Of a DNA stretch of 64,000 bases, positions 45,807 to 54,898 are shown in pieces; the stretch's first letter is position 1, and every line of letters starts with the position of its first letter. Under the pieces are notes generated by a model. The model had not been told where the DNA came from and made no database searches. It worked only from the letters and a program-made list of their open reading frames with translations. A program made the position numbers and the translations under genes. The stretch is taken from positions 434,001-498,000 of the IMG/VR virus record IMGVR_UViG_3300046665_000548. One strand, given 5' to 3'.

Positions 45807-46379
45807 ATGCTTGATATCGAAAAACTAGAAGACTCCCCGCATCTTCTCGATCTGCTGGTTCAGATGGAAGACGTGCTCGACTCCATGGACGTGTACGTTT
45901 TTAAGAACTGGATCGATGGAGAGATTGTTGAAGGGCCGAAGGTTCGACGCTATTGGCTCGACATGACCCTCAAATATCCTTACGACAAGATGCCCGATCC
46001 GCGTGCAGGTCTTCGTCTGCTCAAGCACGGCGTGCGAGTTGATTTTAGCAAAGCCCACGAAGACGACAGCGGAGACGCAAAACCCGTCGAGGGCGAAGGC
46101 GAGAAGGACAGCATGGTCTGGCTCGTTCACGTTTCAATTCCTCGTCGTCTGATTGTTGAAATCAATGCTGGTCAGCTTGACTTCTATGATGATGAAATCG
46201 ACAGCGAGGACGTTGAGGACGCACAGGACTCCGGCGTAACCGACGAGACCGGATATACGGCTCCCGAAGAAGGTGGCCTGCCTCCTCCTGGTGGACCCGA
46301 AATGGCCCCACCAGCGCCGGGAGGTCCAGGTGGCCCCCCACCGGCACAACCGCCAATGGGAGGACCGCCGCGTGGCTAA
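45807..46379 (+). CDS. Conserved-looking hypothetical protein with acidic and Pro/Gly-rich tail
   Basis: YVFKNWIDGEIVEGPKVRRYW...MPDPRAG; C-terminal PPPGGP tract. Confidence 0.75.
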   Translation: MLDIEKLEDSPHLLDLLVQMEDVLDSMDVYVFKNWIDGEIVEGPKVRRYWLDMTLKYPYDKMPDPRAGLRLLKHGVRVDFSKAHEDDSGDAKPVEGEGEKDSMVWLVHVSIPRRLIVEINAGQLDFYDDEIDSEDVEDAQDSGVTDETGYTAPEEGGLPPPGGPEMAPPAPGGPGGPPPAQPPMGGPPRG

Positions 46380-47088
46380 TCTATTTGAAGGAATGCGCCA
46401 GGGCGATCTGGAGGACATGCTCCTCCCGCTCATTTCTGTGGATGAATACGAAAGCAAAATCGATAAGAGTGCGGTCGTGATCGGTTTTTACGTTGGCGAC
46501 CAAGATGCGGCAGAAGATTTGAACAGGTTTATCCAACGGTCTCCCGTTGAAATCCTCGACACTGAAATCTCGCCCGCGCCAGATCAACAGGGATACTATA
46601 TGGTATTCGTTGAATTGTTGAACAATGACAAACTGGCGGGGAATATCGAAGACCTATTGAAGGAGATTCAGCCTCTCAGTCAGGTCGATAATTGGCAGAT
46701 GCATATTCGCGGGGAGCCCGATCTTGTTCCTTTCTCTGACAAAGCGATCTCTAAGCATGTATTGCCGCCATCCGAAGAAAAAGTTGAGGAAAGCATTCTT
46801 GCATTCTTGACCAAGAGCGTTCTTCGTGATGCACATGTAGACAATAATCAAGTGGTCCTGGAGGGTGATTCGGGTCGGTTTGAGCTTAGCTATGTTGGGC
46901 TTGGACCTTATCAGGAGACGATGTGCGAACACGGCCTAGAAGAAGCCGCTGTTGGATTGAGTCTGCAAGACGCTGCTCGCAGTTCTAAAATCCAGACAAT
47001 GCTTGGCGAAGGTTGGTCTGTATCTCGGGTTGGTGATTGCGATGTCTTGCATCGCCTTGACACTGATATGGTCTTAATTCTATCATAA
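46372..47088 (+). CDS. Conserved-looking hypothetical protein
   Basis: GTG start with GGAGG; ISVDEYESKI...YMVFVE. Confidence 0.7.
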   Translation: MANLFEGMRQGDLEDMLLPLISVDEYESKIDKSAVVIGFYVGDQDAAEDLNRFIQRSPVEILDTEISPAPDQQGYYMVFVELLNNDKLAGNIEDLLKEIQPLSQVDNWQMHIRGEPDLVPFSDKAISKHVLPPSEEKVEESILAFLTKSVLRDAHVDNNQVVLEGDSGRFELSYVGLGPYQETMCEHGLEEAAVGLSLQDAARSSKIQTMLGEGWSVSRVGDCDVLHRLDTDMVLILS

Positions 47089-47140
47089 CGTTGTTCGAAT
47101 CAGGACACAATTGCCCCCTTAAACATACTTCTGAATAACG

Positions 47141-47506
47141 ATGTTGGAATCGGGCGTACTCGATTACCCAGTCACGTGGCGACACATGAAGTCAGGGTTC
47201 CTTCTAATGGGAAAGCCAAAGGGCTTTTTTCCAGATATCACCGATCTTGTCCAAAGGGGCGTTGAGCCACCGATCTCCGACGAAGAGAAAATGTTCAACG
47301 TTGTGATTTTTCCAGAACCAAATTTGATTTCCGAACTGCGTGAATGGTTGTCAGAAAATACAGACATGCAGGTCGGAATGTTCGCCCGATTTTCATGGGT
47401 CACACAGAAATATCGTATCGACCGAGAGTATCAAGGTGTACGTTTTGTGTTCGAAGATATGAACGTCGCGGTTCTTTTTAAGCTGTTTTGGGCACAAGGT
47501 TCTTAA
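47141..47506 (+). CDS. Small paralogue-family protein
   Basis: LREWLSEN...FVFEDMNVAVLFKLFWA. Confidence 0.65.
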   Translation: MLESGVLDYPVTWRHMKSGFLLMGKPKGFFPDITDLVQRGVEPPISDEEKMFNVVIFPEPNLISELREWLSENTDMQVGMFARFSWVTQKYRIDREYQGVRFVFEDMNVAVLFKLFWAQGS

Positions 47507-47518
47507 TGCCTGGGTTTT

Positions 47519-47526
47519 GCTAAATA
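47519..47526 (+). promoter_or_regulatory. Late promoter GCTAAATA
   Basis: Heads the TM + PAS two-gene unit. Confidence 0.55.
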
Positions 47527-47560
47527 CCTGCAAGTAGAGCAGAAAAGAGTAAAACCCCCA

Positions 47561-47812
47561 GTGTTTGAAAGTATCATTCAGAAATTGTTAGAAGCCATGC
47601 TTGCGGGTGGACCGCAGGCGTTTGTTGCTATTCTGGCTCTTATTGTTGCTCTCCTTCTATTGGAGAGGCGTCGTCTCGTTGCCGACATCCAGAAGAAAGA
47701 TGACAAGATCGAAAAGATCATTGATGACTATTACAAGGGCAACCTAAGTCTGTCTGAAGCGCTGACCCATCTGAAGCTAGTTCTGTACGAAATCAAAGGC
47801 AGAATCCAGTAA
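47561..47812 (+). CDS. Single-TM coiled-coil protein (holin-like architecture)
   Basis: AFVAILALIVALLLL followed by ERRR and a heptad-like C-terminus. Confidence 0.6.
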   Translation: MFESIIQKLLEAMLAGGPQAFVAILALIVALLLLERRRLVADIQKKDDKIEKIIDDYYKGNLSLSEALTHLKLVLYEIKGRIQ

Positions 47813-47825
47813 TCGGCGTACGAGG

Positions 47826-48677
47826 ATGTGGTCCATGTTTTTCAAAACAAAAAAGAGACAGAAGGAAGCTCTGACAGCCGCGAAGATGGCAGAGAGCCAA
47901 CTCACTTTGATCCAGGCCGCAACCGATACTGCGGAAGCCGCACGAGATGTCGCGGCTTCGCTAAAATCAAAAATCGATGATGCGTTTACGCAGCTAGAAA
48001 ACACCGCGCGCATTATTAACGATGCTCTTTTTCTTTGTAGCGAGGATGGGAGCATTGTTACGAGCAATACGGCGGCGACCGCCATGTTTGGATACGACGC
48101 TCAAAACGTTCTTGAAGTATTTGACATGGCTGGCGCACCGCTCCCTGATGCGGCAACTCTTTGGGATCATATTCAACACACCTCGTCCTGGATGCCATCT
48201 TCAAGAAGACCTCTTCGATGCAAAAGGGATAATGATCTTATTTGGGTCGAACCGAAAATGTCTCGCCTTGTGTGGTCTGACGGTTCCAAAAGCATCCTCG
48301 TCTTAATCCGAAGCATTGACAGCCTCGTAAAGATTCAAAAATCCGCTCAAGAGGCGCGCAAGCGATATCGCGCTCTAATGGACAAGTCGGTAGATGGAAT
48401 ATTGGTCATTCAGCACGATTTGATCATTGCCGCAAATCCCGCCGCTCGTAAAATTTTCGGTTATGAAATTCAGGAACTCCTCGGTCAGCCGATAAGTTTT
48501 CTGTTTCATGAAAGCGATCACGATTTGATCATCGAACACGAGGTTGTCCACACTATCGTAAAGGGTGTGCATGATGACAATACAACCGTGGATTTACTTT
48601 TCACGGCGGTGCCCATTGAGTGGCACGATGAACCTGCCAAATTAGTGACGGTTCGCGACACCTTCACTCCGAAATAA
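47826..48677 (+). CDS. Tandem PAS-domain protein without an output domain
   Basis: INDALFLCSEDGSIVTSNTAATAMFGY and YRALMDKSVDGILVIQHDLIIAANPAARKIFGYEIQELLGQPISFLF...LVTVRD then stop. Confidence 0.82.
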   Translation: MWSMFFKTKKRQKEALTAAKMAESQLTLIQAATDTAEAARDVAASLKSKIDDAFTQLENTARIINDALFLCSEDGSIVTSNTAATAMFGYDAQNVLEVFDMAGAPLPDAATLWDHIQHTSSWMPSSRRPLRCKRDNDLIWVEPKMSRLVWSDGSKSILVLIRSIDSLVKIQKSAQEARKRYRALMDKSVDGILVIQHDLIIAANPAARKIFGYEIQELLGQPISFLFHESDHDLIIEHEVVHTIVKGVHDDNTTVDLLFTAVPIEWHDEPAKLVTVRDTFTPK

Positions 48678-48690
48678 CTCCCCAAAACAG

Positions 48691-48718
48691 TAGACATATT
48701 TTCGTTTTCTGGTAGATT
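48691..48718 (+). promoter_or_regulatory. Early promoter TAGACA-N16-TAGATT (leaderless cca candidate)
   Basis: ATG 6 nt after -10. Confidence 0.65.
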
Positions 48719-48724
48719 GATTCA

Positions 48725-49858
48725 ATGCAATTGATTCATATCCCAGAGTTGGTACATCTGCGCAATACCTTCCAGAAGTCGGGCTTCGATATCCGACTGG
48801 TTGGTGGTTGTGTGCGCGATATGCTGATGGACATTCAGCCCAAGGATATTGATCTGTGCACGGATGCCTCGCCTGACGAGCAGATCGCTCTGTATAAGGC
48901 TGCCGGTGTTCGGTTTGCTGAGACCGGTCTCCAGCATGGCACGATCACTGCAATCCTGCCGGAGGGCGTCTACGAGATCACGTCCCTGCGTACCGAGACG
49001 GAGCACGATGGCCGCCACGCGACCGTCAACTATACCCGTGACTGGAACGAGGACCTGGGCCGTCGCGATCTGACCATCAACGCGATGGCTATGACCTTCG
49101 AGGGGCAACTGCTGGACCCGTTCGGCGGGCAAGAGGATTTGAAGGCCCGTAGGCTGCGTTTCGTCAATGATCCGGATCAACGTATGCAGGAAGATTACCT
49201 GCGTATTCTGCGCTGGCTGCGGTTTCAGGGTCGAATTGCCCCCGGTCAGCAACTGGACCAGGATACCTGCGCCGCCGCAATGCGCAATGCCAAGGGTCTG
49301 GAGCGTATCTCGCGTGAGCGTGTCTGGTCCGAGGTCTCCCGGATGCTGTCCACGGACGGCGGTCCGGAGATGCTGGATGCTATGTGGAATTTGGGTCTGG
49401 CCGATCCATGCGGTCTGCCACGCGGGTATAGCGCCGAGGTTCGGCGCGTGCATCAGTATACGCGCGATCCCGTTGCACTGATGGCTACCTTCATCGGTGA
49501 TTCGGAAACGATGGCCGCGCTGGCTCGCGCGTGGAAGTGGAGCACCGATGAATCGAAGCTGGCGCAGTTTCTGACCAAGAATCGTTTCCGCAAGGACTTG
49601 GACTTCAAGCGGATGGTCGCGCTGAACGGCGTCACCAAGGATGCGATTTTTGCCCTGTCTATCCTGGAGGATCGCAGGGTGGAGGGTGAGGCCGTGATGG
49701 GCTGGGACGTACCCGTGTTCCCGGTGACCGGCAACGATCTGATCGCGGCTGGCATTCAGCAGGGTAAACAGATTGGTGAGACCAAGACTCGTCTGATGAA
49801 CCTGTGGGCCGATTCGGAGTTCAATATGTCCAAGGACGACCTGATGGGGGCAATCTAA
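48725..49858 (+). CDS. cca: tRNA nucleotidyltransferase (CCA-adding enzyme, class II)
   Basis: [42 protein letters not shown]. Confidence 0.92.
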   Translation: MQLIHIPELVHLRNTFQKSGFDIRLVGGCVRDMLMDIQPKDIDLCTDASPDEQIALYKAAGVRFAETGLQHGTITAILPEGVYEITSLRTETEHDGRHATVNYTRDWNEDLGRRDLTINAMAMTFEGQLLDPFGGQEDLKARRLRFVNDPDQRMQEDYLRILRWLRFQGRIAPGQQLDQDTCAAAMRNAKGLERISRERVWSEVSRMLSTDGGPEMLDAMWNLGLADPCGLPRGYSAEVRRVHQYTRDPVALMATFIGDSETMAALARAWKWSTDESKLAQFLTKNRFRKDLDFKRMVALNGVTKDAIFALSILEDRRVEGEAVMGWDVPVFPVTGNDLIAAGIQQGKQIGETKTRLMNLWADSEFNMSKDDLMGAI

Positions 49859-49993
49859 CCATGATGCGTTTCCTGCGACGCTTGCAGCGCTATTTCAAGA
49901 AGGAAGATCGTTCGTCTATAGCGTACATGACGCCAATCGTTGGCGTCATGCTCGTTATCAACGGCCGAAGCATCACCCCAGCAGCGACCAGAT

Positions 49994-50257
49994 ATGAACG
50001 AACCATTTCTCATCGAATTGGAACGTGATCCGTCTCTCTATGGGGAGATTAACGCGCAATTTCGAATATTCGAAATGCGTTGGGTCGAGGTCACTCGTAT
50101 AAAAATGATGGAGGAATGGTGCGCCTCCATGTTTGGTGTCGATCCACGCATGGAGAACGATAAGCTTCCCATCGAGCGCTGGAGTAGAATGGGACCACGC
50201 TGGTATTTTAGGGACGAGACCGACGCCCTTGTCTTCAAAATGATGTGGACGACTTAA
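49994..50257 (+). CDS. Small paralogue-family protein
   Basis: MEEWCASMFG...WYFRDETDALVFKMMW. Confidence 0.7.
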   Translation: MNEPFLIELERDPSLYGEINAQFRIFEMRWVEVTRIKMMEEWCASMFGVDPRMENDKLPIERWSRMGPRWYFRDETDALVFKMMWTT

Positions 50258-50522
50258 TCCGGTAATCCGTAACGATGCTTCCCGGAACCAATGGAACAAG
50301 CACTCTCTGGTACATGATCCAGGTTTCGCGAATTCCCTTGACGGGATATCGCTGAACCCAATCGTCAAAATCCACATCAACCTCAGTGGCTGACACCAAA
50401 ACAACCGTGCCTTCGTCGTACCAATCGTTGTGGTCGTAAACGCGAAGTTTATCGCCTTCGTTGATCATCTGTCCTACCAAGCTACTAATTAATAGCTTTA
50501 GGACAAACGATTTCCTGATCAA
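50235..50522 (-). CDS. Hypothetical protein
   Basis: Downstream of the 588-aa gene. Confidence 0.5.
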   Translation of the reverse strand: MIRKSFVLKLLISSLVGQMINEGDKLRVYDHNDWYDEGTVVLVSATEVDVDFDDWVQRYPVKGIRETWIMYQRVLVPLVPGSIVTDYRIKSSTSF

Positions 50523-50528
50523 CCCGTA

Positions 50529-52295
50529 TCAGGAAATCTTTTTTGCGAAGAGTTCCGCAGCGTGCGTTGGATCAAATCCTTCGCGAACTCGGCTCATGAT
50601 TTCGTGCACGACCTCATCGGACGAGGCTTGCGCTTTCCATTCCATCGCATCGGATAAGTTGGCATCGCGCCGACGTTCAGCGGTCTCGTCATCATTGAGA
50701 GTGTCCCAATCACGAGCCTCGCGAACGTCGTAAACGTCACCGAGATAGTCTTCGTCGTGCTCATCAGATGCAGTGACCATAGCGATCAGATCGTGAGCGG
50801 ACACGCGAAGCTGCACAGGAGCATCCCAGTCGCGCCCGACATGGGCGTGCTGCCAGCGACCCTTAAATGCCCAACCAACATCCACATAGGTCTGGATGCG
50901 GTTCTGGAGGGCCTGGAGATCATTGTGGCTGAGCTTGGCTGATTCGTTCACTGCCGCAACCATCTCTTCATAGAAGTGGCTCTCACGAAGACGGGAACCC
51001 GCAAGACGCATGGCGGCTTCGAATCGGCTGTCGTACTGAGGGACCGCCCTCACGCCCATGGCCATCATGACCTTGGCGTATTCTTTCGGGCTTAGCTTGA
51101 CGAGGATGTTACGAATGTCTTCGTCAGTAAGATTTTCAACAGGATGAATTTCATGAGCGCGACCGGAATAGATCGCAAGCATCTCTTCAAGGAGATGATC
51201 CTTGATGGCCTGAGCGAAATGATCCAGGTCCGAATATTCAGTGATGATGAACTCTTTCGCGTCAGACGTTAGCTCCAACACGGGCGGCTTGATAGATTCG
51301 CTCTCCAGAAGTTCAACGAGGCATTCTTGAACACGAGGGTCCTCAACGCCGAAGCTCTTATACATTGCCCACAGGCCGCCCAATTCCGGCTTCTCAGCAA
51401 GCAGACTATCGAGAACGTCACTCTCCAGATCAGACAAACGGAAGTTATGCTCCGGCGACGTGCCGCCACCCTTGATGCCGTGAACGAGAGGCAGGCGAAG
51501 AAGCGCAACGATCTCGTTATAATACTGAGGGTCTGGGCGCTGATTGAAGCGTCCCTTCATTTCACCGAGCATTCCGTTTTTATCGAGAATGAAAGTCAGG
51601 ACCGGCTTCATCATAGTCCGACCATCTTCGTGATACATTTCACGGAGGCTCAGGATCGTGTCGCCAGACATCTCACGCGGCTTGTTGCCGGAATGACCCA
51701 TTGCCTTTGCTTCTAGCGGACAGTGAGCACGACCGAGATTGAACCAAGCAAGGCCGTTTGCAAACTTCAAGATAGCGGTAGACGAAGGGTCTTCAAAAGA
51801 ATCCTTCTGATCATGCTGCCAACGAGTTTCGAACTTGCGGAAATTAGCAAGGATACGCTCCGGATCATCGAAGCGGAAAACATGACTCTGGATTGACGGG
51901 ATCGGCAAAGAGAAAAGCTGCTCAAGCGTAGCAAGTAGAGTGTGATCCTGGTAGACCATCCAGCCTTGGCTCAACGCTTCAGTTGGTGTGCAATGAGCGC
52001 GGCGCGCATATTCGTTGGCAAGCTTCTCAGCAACATGTGGAGCTACGATCTCGGGGAAACGCTTTGACTGCGCATCCATGAAACCAATCTTCCAGAGGCG
52101 AAGCCACCACGTTACGCGGTCATTCTTCTTGAGCTTCGCACGAGCCTTGGCAATCTCAGCCTCGATCTCTGCCGGTCGCTGACCAGAAAATGCGCGAGTA
52201 ACATCGCTGAACATCTCGGCGTAACTCACAGTCTCCGTGAGGAGCCCATTGAGCACACGCACGTCACGATCAAAAATGTCATTCAATAGCGACAC
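50529..52295 (-). CDS. Large protein with a PcfJ-like central domain
   Basis: EAKAMGHSG...ILSLRE...LTF...EMKGRFNQRP; late promoter and GGAG upstream. Confidence 0.6.
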   Translation of the reverse strand: MSLLNDIFDRDVRVLNGLLTETVSYAEMFSDVTRAFSGQRPAEIEAEIAKARAKLKKNDRVTWWLRLWKIGFMDAQSKRFPEIVAPHVAEKLANEYARRAHCTPTEALSQGWMVYQDHTLLATLEQLFSLPIPSIQSHVFRFDDPERILANFRKFETRWQHDQKDSFEDPSSTAILKFANGLAWFNLGRAHCPLEAKAMGHSGNKPREMSGDTILSLREMYHEDGRTMMKPVLTFILDKNGMLGEMKGRFNQRPDPQYYNEIVALLRLPLVHGIKGGGTSPEHNFRLSDLESDVLDSLLAEKPELGGLWAMYKSFGVEDPRVQECLVELLESESIKPPVLELTSDAKEFIITEYSDLDHFAQAIKDHLLEEMLAIYSGRAHEIHPVENLTDEDIRNILVKLSPKEYAKVMMAMGVRAVPQYDSRFEAAMRLAGSRLRESHFYEEMVAAVNESAKLSHNDLQALQNRIQTYVDVGWAFKGRWQHAHVGRDWDAPVQLRVSAHDLIAMVTASDEHDEDYLGDVYDVREARDWDTLNDDETAERRRDANLSDAMEWKAQASSDEVVHEIMSRVREGFDPTHAAELFAKKIS

Positions 52296-52324
52296 AAACA
52301 GTCTCCGACAAAATATTCTTTGTC

Positions 52325-52332
52325 TATTTAGG
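52325..52332 (-). promoter_or_regulatory. Late promoter CCTAAATA
   Basis: Upstream of the 588-aa gene. Confidence 0.55.
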
Positions 52333-52333
52333 C

Positions 52334-52639
52334 TTAAAGGTAGTTGCGGAGATTCGGCTCGTCGCCGTACCGAATAAGATGAAACTCTACCTCAGCAATG
52401 GCCTGTTCCACACTCAACTTAAACCATTCTCCGTGAGAACGACGATATTTGAGTGTCTTGTGGATCATCTGTTCCATCAGCTTGGCTTGTTTAGGAGAAA
52501 ATTCCTGCTGATGCCAAAGAGTGAGAGGCTTGGGATATCCCGTTTGGAGTTCTTTGAGGCGACGATTGGGATCGTTGCTGAATCCAATTTTAACTGGACC
52601 CTGCTCGTCGGCGGCAATGACATAAATGAAAATTTCCAT
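52334..52639 (-). CDS. GIY-YIG (T5orf172/MUG113-like) domain protein
   Basis: FIYVI...VKIGFSNDPNRRLKELQTG...EWF. Confidence 0.85.
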   Translation of the reverse strand: MEIFIYVIAADEQGPVKIGFSNDPNRRLKELQTGYPKPLTLWHQQEFSPKQAKLMEQMIHKTLKYRRSHGEWFKLSVEQAIAEVEFHLIRYGDEPNLRNYL

Positions 52640-52688
52640 GGCGATAGCTCACCATGGAGTAGGAATATCTTCTTGTCAAAAAAGAAGT

Positions 52689-53114
52689 TTATTCCGGTAG
52701 AAGATCGCTCCAAAGCGGCGTCTCGATGTTGAAATTCGGACGGTGATCGTCGTAGGCGCTGATTCGAACCAGCATCCTGACCGGCTTATCCAGCTTACGG
52801 GCCATTTCCATTTCCATGCGCATGCCCTCAGAACGATCCCATCCGTCGAGAGGAAAAATCCAATACTCATCGCACTTTTCCACCATCTTGACCGAATAGT
52901 TGAGCCAAAACTGGCGATCCGAATGGGCGGTGCCATATTCGGGGATGTAATCCATGAGATTGGGAGAGACGACGAAGCCAAGCCCGTTATTGTGAATCCA
53001 AAAAGCAGCGCGCCGCGTCTCATCGAGACGAATGTCGATGACTGACCGATCAGGGTCATAATAGGGCGCACCCAAGAGGATGAAGGGGCGGTTCGGAATA
53101 GATGATACAGGCAT
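52689..53114 (-). CDS. DUF1937/nucleoside deoxyribosyltransferase-like protein
   Basis: LLGAPY...VVSP...KCDEYWIFPLDGWDRSEGMRMEMEMA. Confidence 0.6.
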   Translation of the reverse strand: MPVSSIPNRPFILLGAPYYDPDRSVIDIRLDETRRAAFWIHNNGLGFVVSPNLMDYIPEYGTAHSDRQFWLNYSVKMVEKCDEYWIFPLDGWDRSEGMRMEMEMARKLDKPVRMLVRISAYDDHRPNFNIETPLWSDLLPE

Positions 53115-53170
53115 GAGACCTCAGAGAGACGGAAGAATTTTGGCGACGATTGACGGGGCTCGCCGCATCA

Positions 53171-53467
53171 TCACGCATCCGCCTGATTGAAAAGGATTTC
53201 GGTCATGGCGGCGACCTCAGGCGATGTGGCCTTGGCCCATGCAAGAGCCCGGTCGCGTTGAGTGGAGGTACGAGAGAGTTCGATAAGAGCTTGGGGGATG
53301 CCCATCATCACATGAGGGCCAAATGATTCGCCTTTAATCGAGATACCGGCCAGGATCATGGCGGCAAGGCGGTGGGATTCTTTCTCGTTCGCGTCCAAGA
53401 TGCGCATATGCGGCATCTTGCGGCGAGCGGATTCTACCAATTCGGCAGGTGTCGGACTTTTCTCCAT
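53171..53467 (-). CDS. Hypothetical protein
   Basis: ATG 53467 lies 5 nt after a -10 box. Confidence 0.55.
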   Translation of the reverse strand: MEKSPTPAELVESARRKMPHMRILDANEKESHRLAAMILAGISIKGESFGPHVMMGIPQALIELSRTSTQRDRALAWAKATSPEVAAMTEILFNQADA

Positions 53468-53472
53468 GGCTA

Positions 53473-53500
53473 AGAATACCATGGAGAATCATTTTGGCAA
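53473..53500 (-). promoter_or_regulatory. Early promoter TTGCCA-N16-TATTCT
   Basis: Recurring motif. Confidence 0.65.
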
Positions 53501-53507
53501 GCGTTTT

Positions 53508-54206
53508 TTAGCTAGCAAAAAGCGCTTCGAGCTTGTCTGCATCCATCCAGCCGCAGACCTTCAGGACGAATGCCGTTTCCTCACCGGCAACCATACCCCA
53601 GGCATTGTGATCCTGGAAAAAGTATGCGGGCGCGGCCAGATCAACGATCTTATCGTCAATCAGCGCCTTGGTCTTCTCGCCGGGGGCAATAACGAACGAA
53701 AGGGTAACGTGTCCGGCATTAGCGAGGCCCTGGCCCGGTGAATCGTAGTGGGGCACGTGCACGCCGTGTGCGGGCAGCATGATGATACGAACGATATCGA
53801 TATCGGTGAACGGAAGGCTTTCAACGAACGCCTTGATTTCCGGAATGTGGCTGAGCATCTGCGTGCGCCAAACCCATTTTCCACGCAGGGTGCCACGGTA
53901 GATAAACTGTCCGTTGCGTGTGGGCTTGTTACCCGGAATTTCAGTCAGGCTGAAACCATGCGCACACGGTAGTTCGCGCTGATCGAGATGGAAACGACCA
54001 TTAATGTCGTAGTCGCCACGAGTTACGCGATCCAAATCGGTTTGCGATACTATTTCGAATGGCGGAGCGAAAAAATACGCCTCGGATGCAGCCTGTCTTT
54101 CACTCAAAAGAGCAGGAGCCAAATCTTTTACCTCAGTGATAACCGAGGCTGGAATTTCAACGTTCAAAGGTTGATATAGCGGAAGTTCAGACATTGAGTT
54201 CTCCAA
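53508..54206 (-). CDS. AspH-like oxygenase-fold protein (distal His possibly degenerate)
   Basis: IVRIIMLPAHG...PHYD...FFQDHNAWG; likely start MSELPLY at 54194. Confidence 0.55.
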   Translation of the reverse strand: MENSMSELPLYQPLNVEIPASVITEVKDLAPALLSERQAASEAYFFAPPFEIVSQTDLDRVTRGDYDINGRFHLDQRELPCAHGFSLTEIPGNKPTRNGQFIYRGTLRGKWVWRTQMLSHIPEIKAFVESLPFTDIDIVRIIMLPAHGVHVPHYDSPGQGLANAGHVTLSFVIAPGEKTKALIDDKIVDLAAPAYFFQDHNAWGMVAGEETAFVLKVCGWMDADKLEALFAS

Positions 54207-54218
54207 GAGAGTTATGTC

Positions 54219-54226
54219 TATTTATT
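54219..54226 (-). promoter_or_regulatory. Late promoter AATAAATA
   Basis: Between the terminator and the GGAG RBS. Confidence 0.5.
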
Positions 54227-54233
54227 CGCAACG

Positions 54234-54262
54234 AAAAAAGGCGGGGAAAATCCCCGCCCTTT
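54234..54262 (-). terminator. Intrinsic terminator
   Basis: GGCGGGGA-ttt-TCCCCGCC followed by TTTTTT on the minus strand. Confidence 0.8.
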
Positions 54263-54280
54263 GTTTTGATCGAACGCTGT

Positions 54281-54898
54281 TTACTTGCGAATGTATTCTG
54301 GTTTGACCCGCGCCTGCGCGCGGTCTGCGATAGCTTGAAGCGTGCTGGAAATCTGCTGGTACGCGTAGATGTAGAAGCTGCGAACTGGGTCCTTGAGCAG
54401 TGTCCAAAGTCCAACAATCGGCCAGAATGTCATCCACGTAGTGATGCGGGCCTTGTGCTGATATAGATGCAGCGGGTAGGCGAATTGATTGCCATTGGTC
54501 ACGTATCGAACGGCCGAATCGATATAGCTGTTCTTCTCCGATTCACTGAGTTGGTCGAACGTCTTTCCATTTTGGAGAAGCATCGTATCGATATTCTCCT
54601 CGTAGTCGTGGTTCAGATTCACCGCGAAACGCCACCACTTGTAGATTCCTACTCCGATCCCCGAGATCAAGAACAGGACAGCGTATCCGAGCGCAGTGGT
54701 CGGATGCTGATAGGCTAGAGTGAATGGATGAAAGTCTGTGCACGTTTGAAGGAAGAGCAGGGTCACCAAGACGGTGAAGCTCGCCCATCCAGCATGACTG
54801 TTTTCGACCAGATACAGAAGACAGGCGGCCCACGCCAACAGGAACACGGACCACATAAAGAAGTTGCCGAAGAATTCGAATGCAGGGACGAATCCCAT
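54281..54898 (-). CDS. Multi-pass membrane protein
   Basis: Three to four hydrophobic segments. Confidence 0.7.
   Translation of the reverse strand: MGFVPAFEFFGNFFMWSVFLLAWAACLLYLVENSHAGWASFTVLVTLLFLQTCTDFHPFTLAYQHPTTALGYAVLFLISGIGVGIYKWWRFAVNLNHDYEENIDTMLLQNGKTFDQLSESEKNSYIDSAVRYVTNGNQFAYPLHLYQHKARITTWMTFWPIVGLWTLLKDPVRSFYIYAYQQISSTLQAIADRAQARVKPEYIRK

Noticed and set aside
52334-52639. GIY-YIG ORF as an intron homing endonuclease
   Set aside because: It is free-standing between complete genes, has only 101 aa with no DNA-binding extension, and no split host gene surrounds it.
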